From NCBI GenBank assembly GCA_049472315.1, contig JBLIRN010000028.1, forward strand, positions 1 to 41,205: a stretch of DNA of 41,205 bases, read 5' to 3'. The notes below the pieces were generated by a model. That model saw only the letters and a program-made list of their open reading frames with translations. It was not told where the DNA came from and searched no databases. Origin of the DNA: a bacterium. GTDB lineage: Bacteria > SZUA-182 > DTGQ01 > JAFGSM01. This document shows, piece after piece, positions 8,298-17,514 of the stretch (position 1 is the stretch's first letter; the number at the start of each line of letters is the position of its first letter). The position numbers and the translations under genes were made by a program.

Positions 8298-9395
8298 ATG
8301 AAGGAAAAGATATTTTTGGTGGATGACAACAGGACCATCTTGAGGTCCTTCCAGCTCCTCTATCAAGGGGGCCCCTATGCAGTCTTCACCTTTACCAATC
8401 CTCTCAAGGCGCTGGATGTTATCAAGGAGACCGGGGCCGATGTAGTCATTGCCGACCATGATATGCTTGAAATGGAGGGTACGCGTTTTCTGGAGGAGGT
8501 CAAGCGGATGCTCCCGGATGCGGAACGAATCCTCATGACCGGCTTTGCGGAAAATGCCGCGGTCACTGCAGCCATCAATAAAGGTGACATCTACCACATA
8601 CTGCGAAAACCCGTTGACGTGCAGGAGATGCATCTGACCATCAGGAATGCCGTTGCGCACAGGCGGATGTCAAAAAACCGCCAACGACTGCTGAGCATAT
8701 CCCGGAGGAACAGGGTGCAACTCGAACAGATCGAGCAATCGATGGAGCAGCGGATTGAAAGGGATACCAGTGAACTCAGGGACCATCTGGAGAAGAGTGA
8801 ACACACCCTGGCAAAGGTCCGCAGCATGCTCGGCTCCACCATCCGTACCATGCAGATGATCGTGGAGACAAAGGACCCGTATACCGCAGGCCATCAGCGG
8901 CGTGTCGCCAACCTCGCCCGAGCCATCGCCACGGAATTGCACCTTTCGGTCGACCGGATCGATGGAATCCGTATGGCAGGGGTGCTCCACGATATCGGGA
9001 AGCTCTATGAACCTGAGGAGATCCTCAACAAACCGGCGCCGCTTACCGACTCTGAATTCGACCTGATCAAGGCCCATCCCATGATGGGATATGATATCCT
9101 GAAAAAGATCGACTTTTCCTGGCCGGTTGCCTCGATCGTGCTTCAGCACCATGAACGGATGGATGGCTCCGGATATCCCTTCGGCATATCAGGGGATGAC
9201 ATACTCCTTGAATCCAGGATCATGGCGGTCGCCGACGTGGTCGAGGCGATGGCGTCCCCCCGGCCTCATCGGAAGGCGCTGGGTATCGACAGCGCATTGA
9301 ATGAAATCACCGTCAACAAGGGGACCCTCTACGATGCCACGGTCGCCGATGCCTGTATCCAGCTCTTCAGCGAAAAAGGATTCTCCTTGACGTAG
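8298..9395 (+). CDS. Response regulator with REC and HD-GYP domains (RpfG-type cyclic-dinucleotide phosphodiesterase)
   Basis: REC: LVDD, phospho-acceptor D in IADHDM, LMTG, KP. HD-GYP: KDPYTAGH, HDIGK, HHERMDGSGYP, VADVVEAM...R. Confidence 0.93.
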   Translation: MKEKIFLVDDNRTILRSFQLLYQGGPYAVFTFTNPLKALDVIKETGADVVIADHDMLEMEGTRFLEEVKRMLPDAERILMTGFAENAAVTAAINKGDIYHILRKPVDVQEMHLTIRNAVAHRRMSKNRQRLLSISRRNRVQLEQIEQSMEQRIERDTSELRDHLEKSEHTLAKVRSMLGSTIRTMQMIVETKDPYTAGHQRRVANLARAIATELHLSVDRIDGIRMAGVLHDIGKLYEPEEILNKPAPLTDSEFDLIKAHPMMGYDILKKIDFSWPVASIVLQHHERMDGSGYPFGISGDDILLESRIMAVADVVEAMASPRPHRKALGIDSALNEITVNKGTLYDATVADACIQLFSEKGFSLT

Positions 9396-9723
9396 ACGCC
9401 GGCTCAACCGGAATACACAGGGGATGCCGATTACGCCATCCTCCCGCCCGCTCCCTGCCTGCCGGTCCCTTACCTTGCCAATACCGTCATCTCATTCATG
9501 TCCGATCCTTGCCGTTTCATGGGGAAGACCGGGGCCAGCCGTTTTCTGTGGAAGTGGAACCCTCGTAGGTGAGGGGTATGTGGCAGCCGGCTCATGCATT
9601 GACATCAGACGTGCGAGCTTTTTCTCAATATGTTACTCAAATTACCTATGCCCTGAGGGAAGTTGGGGCAACAATTCAATTTAACAGTTTGAAATATATA
9701 GTGCTATTGCCTACCGCCTGCCC

Positions 9724-9739
9724 TGGCACCGCCATTGCT
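9724..9739 (+). promoter_or_regulatory. Sigma54 (-24/-12) promoter
   Basis: TGGCACCGCCATTGCT, with exact GG-N10-GC spacing. An AT-rich IHF-like tract lies at about 9670-9700; the ATG is about 57 nt downstream. Confidence 0.75.
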
Positions 9740-9796
9740 ACGATCAGTAAGGGAAGGCATTGTGTTCATGGATTCGCAGGAAGGAGTGGCAGTACC

Positions 9797-10234
9797 ATGA
9801 TGAAGGAATTGATCAACCTTACGGAAGAGATATTGACGTTCCGGGCCGACAGGCCGGAAACGATTGGCTCGACCATCGATGTGGAAATCCCTTTGCCCGC
9901 AAAGACCCCCATACAATGCATTGTTCTTTCCGGCACCATTACCGGGTGTAAGCCTGCCGATACCAGGAAGGAAAAGACCTTTCTGGTGGAGATGAGAATC
10001 AAGGGCACGTCCCCGATGAACCACAAGATCCTCATTGCTTACATTGATTTCCTGAAACGGGATAAGATGCTGCGTGAGGCCTGTACGGACTTTGACAAGA
10101 TCCATCAGGCTCTCACCGAGCTCAAGATACGATTCGCCCAGTTGTCTGCCGCTGTTGAGCTGTTGCACCGTAATGTCCGGGGAAACCTCGAGATGATCAA
10201 GAGGGACCGCTCGGGGAAAACGACCCTCCACTGA
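9797..10234 (+). CDS. Hypothetical protein: degenerate PilZ-like beta domain plus C-terminal coiled coil
   Basis: AAGGAG RBS before ATG 9797. INLT..ILTF...IGSTIDVEI.LP...LSGTI follows the PilZ strand order but lacks RxxxR. Heptad-like C-terminus. Confidence 0.6.
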   Translation: MMKELINLTEEILTFRADRPETIGSTIDVEIPLPAKTPIQCIVLSGTITGCKPADTRKEKTFLVEMRIKGTSPMNHKILIAYIDFLKRDKMLREACTDFDKIHQALTELKIRFAQLSAAVELLHRNVRGNLEMIKRDRSGKTTLH

Positions 10235-10270
10235 AATGGGACGGCATGTCACCCGCCGATTGTCACCATA

Positions 10271-10299
10271 TTGACAAAATTTGTCCTGATTTGTATAGT
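10271..10299 (+). promoter_or_regulatory. Near-consensus sigma70 promoter
   Basis: TTGACA-17 nt-TATAGT. Confidence 0.7.
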
Positions 10300-10554
10300 A
10301 ACTATGAGAATAGGTCGTATCCGCCCGGCTTTAACCGAATAAAAACAGCGTCCTGCATTCGATGCAATCGTGTGCAGCCTGATTGACTGAGTTCTTCCAT
10401 ACGTTTCCGCATCTTTTCCACGATACCGTGATACAGCGATGGACATCAGAGGGATACCCGTTGAAAACGGGAAAAACCCCTTTTTATATGCACCCGCGGA
10501 CACCGACGATCATATTCGTTTTTTTGCCTGACCCGATAACCATCGAACGGGGGT

Positions 10555-10947
10555 ATGACCATGGCATACAAAAGCCCCGGTGACGCACTGACCGACACGA
10601 TAAGGCTTTGGGAGGCGATAGCCCGCTTCACCGACGATGACTTCAAATGCCTCGAGTCAAAATGCGCCTTCAATCACATCCTCATTGAAATCGTGAAACG
10701 GGAGGCAATGCTGCAGCTTCGCATGGACGAGGGGATCATCAATTACTGCCCCCTGTGCGACTTTTACAACTGTTCTCAACGCTGCCTGCTCTCCGAACCG
10801 AGTTTTTCCGAATCGTGCAATTTCGGATGCACCAAACGGTGGAGCTGCATGGAGTTTCAGGAGCATATCCTGGAAGGCGATTGGGACAAGGCGCGGGATA
10901 GTGCACAAAAATTTGCCCGCGAATTGGAGGGGATGCTCCCCCATTGA
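10555..10947 (+). CDS. Hypothetical Cys-rich protein
   Basis: 130-aa ORF filling an otherwise empty gap; CPLC...C...C and C...C.....C clusters. No family recognised. Confidence 0.6.
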   Translation: MTMAYKSPGDALTDTIRLWEAIARFTDDDFKCLESKCAFNHILIEIVKREAMLQLRMDEGIINYCPLCDFYNCSQRCLLSEPSFSESCNFGCTKRWSCMEFQEHILEGDWDKARDSAQKFARELEGMLPH

Positions 10948-11253
10948 CCTGCACCAGGCCCACCGCAAGGCACATCGATTACCGGACCATGCCACCGGGA
11001 ACACGCTGATTTCGCTGTCCCAACCCATAATCCCTTTTGTTATGAGTGATGAAATGGATTATAATATAGATAGATGCCCTGCAGGGCGCGAGTGATATGT
11101 ACCCCGATTAATAGCAGTACTATTGTTTGGAAGAAAGGAATTTCATTCTATCATCATACGCACAATCGTTCGTGTCTATTCTTTTTGAAAGGAGATGATG
11201 CACATAGCGCCTGTCAGGAGCCCTGCAGGGCATTGATGTATCATTGCTCTCCT

Positions 11254-11277
11254 GCTGCATGAAACGCAGCTTTTTTT
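11254..11277 (+). terminator. Putative intrinsic terminator
   Basis: GCTGC-ATGAAAC-GCAGC followed by T7. Confidence 0.45.
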
Positions 11278-11580
11278 ATGCCCGGGGCAACCGCATGAAA
11301 CGCCCGCTGCAGCCTCCTGTCCGGTCCATTCTCAATCAATCGTGTGGTATATACCCGTGGGGCACCACGGGTGACCGGCCAGGTAATCCTTTCGGGTAAC
11401 CCTTCGTATAACCCCTTCGTGTATATTGATTTTTATGGGCGTATGCACTATACTTCCCTTCCAAAAGGGCCCGCTCCTTCGCAAGGTCCGGTTATGAGCT
11501 GCCTGCCCTTACCACCGAGGGAATGATGCAACGGGTGATACGGCGCCTTCTCCACAATACGGCACCAAGGACGTGAGCAA

Positions 11581-12189
11581 ATGGGAATTATCACCATCTC
11601 GAGGGTGTACGGATGCGGGGCACGGGATATGGCCAGAACCCTTGCCCAGAGATTGAAGTATACCCTGTTCGAGAAGGAAATCGTACCGATGCTGGCCAGG
11701 CGGCTGGATCGAAAGGCCGAGTATACCATTGAGCACGACGAATTGCACGACATGCTCTCATCCTCGGTCATCGATTTCGCCTCCTCGCGCTTCGCCTTTC
11801 TCAAAAAGGATGCCATCACCCCCCAGGAATACTCCGCCGCCCTCAGGGATATATTCCTTCACCTTGCCAAGGAGGGAAACGTCATCCTCATCGGCAGGGG
11901 ATCTCAGTTCATCTTGAAGGATCATCCCGGGGTGTGTCACATACGGCTCGTTGCCTCGATCGAGGACCGGCTGGAATACCTCAGAAGTAACCGTTTTATC
12001 ACCCTTGCCGAAGACACCCTCATTCAGAGGATCAAGGCGGAGGACCATCGCCGCAGGGAATTTCTTCAGACCCACTTCCACAATGACGGCGAGGACCCGC
12101 TCCTGTATCACCTCACCATCAATCTCAGTAAGATACCGCGCGATACGGCGATGGAAATGATCATACGCCTTATCGGGGAAGGGGCGTAG
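11581..12189 (+). CDS. Cytidylate kinase-like family protein
   Basis: IITISRVYGCG P-loop variant, VILIGRGSQFIL, HIRLVAS...R, DPLLYHLTIN. Confidence 0.88.
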   Translation: MGIITISRVYGCGARDMARTLAQRLKYTLFEKEIVPMLARRLDRKAEYTIEHDELHDMLSSSVIDFASSRFAFLKKDAITPQEYSAALRDIFLHLAKEGNVILIGRGSQFILKDHPGVCHIRLVASIEDRLEYLRSNRFITLAEDTLIQRIKAEDHRRREFLQTHFHNDGEDPLLYHLTINLSKIPRDTAMEMIIRLIGEGA

Positions 12190-12482
12190 CACCGGCCCCT
12201 CGCCTGCGTGGAACCGCGGCACCCTGTGTATCCTCCTTCCGGAAGTTGTCCGCATCAACCATTCCTCGGCCTCTTCCGCATGTACCTTGACCCGCGAGGG
12301 ATCTTTTCCCCGGACCGCGGGACGGCAGGGCTATTCCTTACAGAGTGATACATTCCAAAGAAATTACCGATCAAGTAACTAACCGAATCCCTGCGCGTGG
12401 GAAGCGCGGGGCAACATCGCGCCGTTCATTCACACGACGCGATGTCCCTCACAAGGCCTGTAAGGATAAGGAGCGGACTGCC

Positions 12483-13109
12483 ATGGTGAGAACAAGGAAC
12501 ATGCTGGTGATGCTCGCGACCCTGTGTATATGTTCACTCTTCATCTCCGCCAGCGTCGCTGCATCGAGTGTCAGGCGGCACGACGGGTTCTACCTGCGGG
12601 TGCAATCCGGGTATGCCAATATCCACTCCAAGGCAACCGGATATAGCGACGGGACCGAACTCGTCATCACCGGTACCGATTCCCTGTTTCGGCTGGACAT
12701 CGGGGGTGCGCTCAAAGAAAATCTGATCCTCTACGGCACGATCGGGGGGGCAGGGGTGTATGAGCCGGAGGTGCGCTTGAACGGGGTAGAATATACCGCC
12801 TCGGAGACCTTTGCCCTGATCTCCGATATAGGGATCGGCATGACCTACTACATCATGCCGGCCAATGTCTATGTCGGAGGGACATTGAATATGACCCAGA
12901 ACAAGCTGGTCGACGACGACTACAACTCCCTGGGCTCTTCAGATAACGGTTTCGGCCTGTATATGAATATCGGCAAGGAGTGGTGGATCAGCGGCAACTG
13001 GGGGCTCGGCCTTGCAGTCTTCGATTATTTCGGGTACGTGCCGGATACGGGCGGGGGGAATATCAGGAACAGGGTGTTCGGCATCCTCCTTTCGGCCACC
13101 TTCAATTGA
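12483..13109 (+). CDS. Outer-membrane beta-barrel protein
   Basis: AAGGAG RBS before ATG 12483; signal peptide; HDGFYLR, GKEWWISGNWGLG; alternating strands; C-terminal ...LSATFN. Confidence 0.8.
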   Translation: MVRTRNMLVMLATLCICSLFISASVAASSVRRHDGFYLRVQSGYANIHSKATGYSDGTELVITGTDSLFRLDIGGALKENLILYGTIGGAGVYEPEVRLNGVEYTASETFALISDIGIGMTYYIMPANVYVGGTLNMTQNKLVDDDYNSLGSSDNGFGLYMNIGKEWWISGNWGLGLAVFDYFGYVPDTGGGNIRNRVFGILLSATFN

Positions 13110-13142
13110 GCCGTCCCCATCCCTGGTGCAGGGGATGTTTAC

Positions 13143-15029
13143 TCAGCGCTCGATCTCCTCGGACTTGAAGAGCAACCCGTGCAAGGGGAGAAGCTTGGTG
13201 CAGAAGCTGTATCGATGGTGGAATGCCGATCTATCCTCGGTATGGTAATCCGCTACCCAGTTGTGGCCGTTTCCGCCGAACTCCTGGGCATCGGTATCGA
13301 TCACCTTGCAGTACCTCCCCCGGAAGGGGACCCCGATGCGGAAATCATGGAAGTATTCCTTCGAGAAGTTGATCAGGTACACCATGAGCTGTGAATAATC
13401 CCTGTTATACCGGATGAAGGCTACCAGGCAGTGTTTGTAGTTCTGGCACTCGATCCATTCGAACCCGTTCGGTATATTGTCACCCTCGTGCATGGCGGGG
13501 ACGTACCGGTACACCTCGTTCAGCCGCTTCACATACCACTGCATGGTCTTGTGCTTGTGATCCCACAGCGAATCCCAGGGCAACTGGGCCTGTTCGTTCC
13601 ACTCGTTCATCTGGCCGAATTCCTGCCCCATGAACAGGAGCTTCTTGTGGGGCATACCGAACTGGTACAGATACATCAGCCTGAGATTGGCGAACTTCTC
13701 GAAAGCGCTCAGGTCCTCCGTCTTGTTGACCATGGTCCGCTTCATATGCACCACCTCGTCATGGCAGAGGGGGAGCAGGAAATTCTCCGTGTGGTGGTAG
13801 AGGAGCGGATAGGTGAGATCCCCGTACATGTTGCTTCTCTGGCTGTAGGGCTTCCTGAAGAATTTCATCATGTGGCTCGTGCACCCGAGGTCCCATTTAT
13901 AGTCGAAGCCGTGGCCGCCGTGCTCCACCGGTTTGGTGACCCCGCTGGCGATGGTGGAGTCCTCCACGATGAGCAGCACCTCGGGATGCTCCCGTTTCAC
14001 GACGTAATTCATGGTCTGCATGAACCGGTATCCCTCGGGATTGTGACAGTTTCCGAATCGCCTTACGAATTCCCGGTGTTTGTGATCGGAGGAGAATTCG
14101 TAGTAGTGAAAATGCCCCCCTGCGTCGAACCTGAACCCGTCGATGTAATATTGTTCGATCCAGTAAAAGAGATTGGATATGAGAAAGCTCTTGACCTCGT
14201 TTCTGGCAAAATCGAAGTAGTAGGTATCCCACGCCGTCATCTTTCGCTCCGGTATGGGACACTCGAACAGGCATTCACTGTCATAGCGTGCAAGGCCGGT
14301 CTCGTCCTTGGGGAAGTGCACCAGGACGATGTCCAGGATAACCCCGATCCCTTCCTGATGGAAGGCGTCCACCAGTTGCTTGAACTCACCGGGCGTGCCC
14401 ATGCGGGAGGTCGGTGCATAGAAACCGATCACCTGGTATCCCCATGAGGGGATGTAGGGGTGCTCCAGGATCCCCATCAATTCAACGTGCGTATACTCCA
14501 TGTACTTAACGTAGGGGACCAGCTCATCGATGAGCTCGAGATAGCTCAACGGCCGCCCATCCTTGTGCCTCCATGAGAGGGGGTGCACCTCGAAGATATT
14601 GAGGGGCCGTGAAAACTTATCCTCATCCTTCGGCCTGGGGTGCTTGAATTCATAATAATCCTCTACCAGGATGGGGGAACGATGGGCATCGTTCTGGATG
14701 AAGCGCGCAAACGGGTCCGTTTTAAGATGCCACCTCCCGTCCGGCTTGCGAATGGCGAACTTGTAAAAAATGCCATGCCCGATTCCGGGGATAAAGCGCT
14801 CCCATACCCCTGTGGAGCCCCTCCTGGTCATGGCGTGGGCGTGGACATTCCAGTCGTTAAAGTTTCCCACCACCGACACTTCCTGCGCATTGGGCGCCCA
14901 CACCCCGAAACGGACGCCGTTGCCCACGCAATGAGCACCGAGAAAACGGTGAATGCGTTGATGCTCACCCATATTAAAGTAGTAAATGTCCTCCTCGGGA
15001 ATCGACTCGAATATCGATGAATCGGGCAT
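13143..15029 (-). CDS. glgB: 1,4-alpha-glucan branching enzyme (short GlgB, GH13)
   Basis: LGAH, FGVWAPNA..VSVVGNFNDW, SWGYQ..FYAPTSR, DGFRFD, VEDST, HDEVVH, KKLLFMGQEF. Confidence 0.92.
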   Translation of the reverse strand: MPDSSIFESIPEEDIYYFNMGEHQRIHRFLGAHCVGNGVRFGVWAPNAQEVSVVGNFNDWNVHAHAMTRRGSTGVWERFIPGIGHGIFYKFAIRKPDGRWHLKTDPFARFIQNDAHRSPILVEDYYEFKHPRPKDEDKFSRPLNIFEVHPLSWRHKDGRPLSYLELIDELVPYVKYMEYTHVELMGILEHPYIPSWGYQVIGFYAPTSRMGTPGEFKQLVDAFHQEGIGVILDIVLVHFPKDETGLARYDSECLFECPIPERKMTAWDTYYFDFARNEVKSFLISNLFYWIEQYYIDGFRFDAGGHFHYYEFSSDHKHREFVRRFGNCHNPEGYRFMQTMNYVVKREHPEVLLIVEDSTIASGVTKPVEHGGHGFDYKWDLGCTSHMMKFFRKPYSQRSNMYGDLTYPLLYHHTENFLLPLCHDEVVHMKRTMVNKTEDLSAFEKFANLRLMYLYQFGMPHKKLLFMGQEFGQMNEWNEQAQLPWDSLWDHKHKTMQWYVKRLNEVYRYVPAMHEGDNIPNGFEWIECQNYKHCLVAFIRYNRDYSQLMVYLINFSKEYFHDFRIGVPFRGRYCKVIDTDAQEFGGNGHNWVADYHTEDRSAFHHRYSFCTKLLPLHGLLFKSEEIER

Positions 15030-15143
15030 ACTGGGTGTTTCTCCGTATTATGGAACCATTTGAAAAATCGGGAAAAAGCTCATCCGCTCCGGTGCACGAG
15101 GTCCCTGCAGATCCAAAACCGAGATCTCAGGAATCCGGCAAAA

Positions 15144-15173
15144 AGTATATTCAAAATCGTTCATGGTTGTCAA
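15144..15173 (-). promoter_or_regulatory. Putative sigma70 promoter for glgB
   Basis: Minus strand TTGACA-18 nt-TATACT. Confidence 0.55.
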
Positions 15174-15468
15174 TACACAAGGGGCTGTTTTTTTATAAAA
15201 AAATTGTCGCACCCCGGACATTTCCGGGTGATAGATTTTTTGTCATTTGTCCGATCAATTAGTAGAGATGGAGGAAAGGGTGGGGTCTCCCTTGGGTGGA
15301 CTCCGCGTGATTCCATCGCGCGTTTTCCAGCATCGGAGATTTTTCATCACTGCATAAGGACTCGCATTTCATCGAGCAGGGTACGAGTGCTCTCGTAACC
15401 GTGCCGGTCAAGCGTAATCGCAGGGGCGCTCCACGGCAGTGCCCCTGAAAAGGGGAAAGGGGGGGACC

Positions 15469-15990
15469 GTGGTGACGTCGACCATCCACACGGTATCGGA
15501 CCGGGATGCCCCGGGGGATCTGCTCCAGGCAATCACAAATGAATCGGGTTTCTCTTTGAAGGGGTGTATCATCTTCCTTCTCTTCGTCGCCCTTTCCGTG
15601 TTCCTCGCCATCCACCTCATCCGGCCGTCTTACTGTTCCGGCCGATTCAAGACGGAAATCGATGGGATTACCATAGAGGGCTTTTCCAAAAGCGACAAGG
15701 AAATCGTGGACGAGATCAGGACCCAGGCGGATAAACTGGGCATTATCGTCGAAGAGCAGGATGTGGGGATATACTGGGGACCGGGACGTGAATCCGTGAA
15801 CATCAAGATCGACTATTCCTATCCGGTGGACCTCCTGATCTATCGTTATAACCGGCAATACAGCTATGAAATCGACAAGAGGCTTTCATTTCCCAAAAGG
15901 ATGATCGATCGGACCAACGAACGGCTGCAGGGAAGCCATCAGCGCATGCTCGAAAAGGCCCAGAAGGCACGGGAGAAAGTGGAAGATTGA
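15469..15990 (+). CDS. Single-TM hypothetical protein, DUF4845-like with a pilin-like GFSL motif before the TM
   Basis: NESGFSL followed by a hydrophobic helix and ...IKIDYSYPVDLL. Start uncertain (GTG 15469 or 15439). Confidence 0.6.
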   Translation: MVTSTIHTVSDRDAPGDLLQAITNESGFSLKGCIIFLLFVALSVFLAIHLIRPSYCSGRFKTEIDGITIEGFSKSDKEIVDEIRTQADKLGIIVEEQDVGIYWGPGRESVNIKIDYSYPVDLLIYRYNRQYSYEIDKRLSFPKRMIDRTNERLQGSHQRMLEKAQKAREKVED

Positions 15991-16700
15991 AAACGGGAAT
16001 GACAGAGGACACCGTTACCATAGGCTACGAATTCAGGCTCAGCAACGGGATCCGGAAACAGTTCACCATCCGCCTGACCAGCCCGTCCTTTCACCTGGTG
16101 GGGGTGAAAAGGAGCGCGTACCCGCGGTGGACGCAACTGGCATACCATCAGTGTCCCAACTGCCCCCTGGATGCCAGGGAACACCCCTATTGCCCCATTG
16201 CGGTCAATATGACGGAGGTTATCGAGTTTTTCAAGGACTATGTATCATCGGAAGAGGCGGAAATCAGCATCTACACCCAGGTACGGGAATTCCGCAAATG
16301 CACCAGCCTCCAGGAGGGGCTCAGCTCGATCATAGGGGTGTACATGGTATCGAGCGGGTGCCCCATCATGGATAAGCTCCGGCCCATGGTCTTCACCCAT
16401 CTCCCCTTCGCGACAACGGAGGAGACCATGTACCGCGCCGCCTCCATGTATCTGCTCGCCCAGTATTTCCTTCAAAAAAAGGGGAGAAAACCCGAATGGG
16501 AGCTCAAGGGCCTTGTGGAGATCTATGACAATATCAATGAGGTGAATCATCACTTCCACAAACGGCTCCTGGGCATCAATCCCAAGGATGCCAGCCTTAA
16601 CGCCCTCTTTCATCTGAACTGCTTTGCGGCAATCACCACGATGTCGATCGTGGATGACTGCCTGCAGGAGTTGGAGGGACTCTTTCAGGCATACCTCTAA
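15987..16700 (+). CDS. Conserved hypothetical protein (DUF6901-like)
   Basis: WTQLAYHQCPNCPL...CPIA, SGCP...LRPM...HLPFA...ET.YR...MYLL.QYF. TTG start overlaps the upstream stop; alternative ATG at 15999. Confidence 0.75.
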   Translation: MKTGMTEDTVTIGYEFRLSNGIRKQFTIRLTSPSFHLVGVKRSAYPRWTQLAYHQCPNCPLDAREHPYCPIAVNMTEVIEFFKDYVSSEEAEISIYTQVREFRKCTSLQEGLSSIIGVYMVSSGCPIMDKLRPMVFTHLPFATTEETMYRAASMYLLAQYFLQKKGRKPEWELKGLVEIYDNINEVNHHFHKRLLGINPKDASLNALFHLNCFAAITTMSIVDDCLQELEGLFQAYL

Positions 16701-16747
16701 CCGCATCCCTGCGCAAGGCATCCTCCCCTTCGAATCCCGTGGAGATG

Positions 16748-17191
16748 TTACGCCTTCTTCTTCTGCGACCGTTTCATCCGGTACTCGGCGAGCTTGCTGC
16801 CGAGCTTCATCTCCTTGGCAAGCTTTCTCCTCTTGGCGGTCAACGATTTTGCGGTCAACGCCTGACTCCCGGGAATGCCGTATTTTTTCTTGTACTCCTT
16901 GGGGGTAAGCCCATGGGATCTCAGATGCGACTTGGAGAGCTGCTTGAACTCCTTACCGCACTCGCAACAGATGATCTTGTTTCTCTGAATCGACGACCCA
17001 GGTTCAATGCAGGGCTTCTCCCCTTCCTTTGCCTCGGCAGCGCCCGTCAGGAGGGCCTCTTCATCCCTGATATCCTTGAGGGTGACATACAATTTTCGCA
17101 ATGAATCGCTGATCTCTTCAGAGTTCATATTCGTCTTGGATGCCTGAGCAGTTACAATCTCAGCCGCCATCTCTACCAGGCCCTTCGGCAT
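16748..17191 (-). CDS. MucR/Ros family zinc-finger regulator
   Basis: AAEIVTA, SIQ..KIICCECGKEFKQL..HLRSHGLTP.EYK.KYG; strong RBS AAGGAGG. Confidence 0.92.
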   Translation of the reverse strand: MPKGLVEMAAEIVTAQASKTNMNSEEISDSLRKLYVTLKDIRDEEALLTGAAEAKEGEKPCIEPGSSIQRNKIICCECGKEFKQLSKSHLRSHGLTPKEYKKKYGIPGSQALTAKSLTAKRRKLAKEMKLGSKLAEYRMKRSQKKKA

Positions 17192-17514
17192 GTGTGCTTC
17201 CCTCCTTGCTTTTGGTTACCGGTTAACAACATAATCGTAATAACTATATAGATAAAATAAAAAAAATCAAGTTAAGGGGCATACCTTGATTAATTTTCAT
17301 TGTGAACCTCACATACGGAAATCCTTCACTGATTCTCATTGTGAAACATTAGCCCGGCGATATGAGCAGACTTGCCTGCTCAAAATGATGCAATGCCGCA
17401 ACCGGAATTAACTGGATACTTGTTCACTGAAAAGAGGCACATGGTGCAGACAGTCATGGGACAGCACATCCCGTTGCCGGGATAAAACCGAATGAGCCGG
17501 AGGAGGTCAGACCA

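Noticed and set aside
17296..17381. TCATTGTGAA repeated 40 nt apart and a TGAGCAG/CTGCTCA hairpin upstream of mucR
   Set aside because: Plausible regulatory sites, but too short to assign without comparative data.
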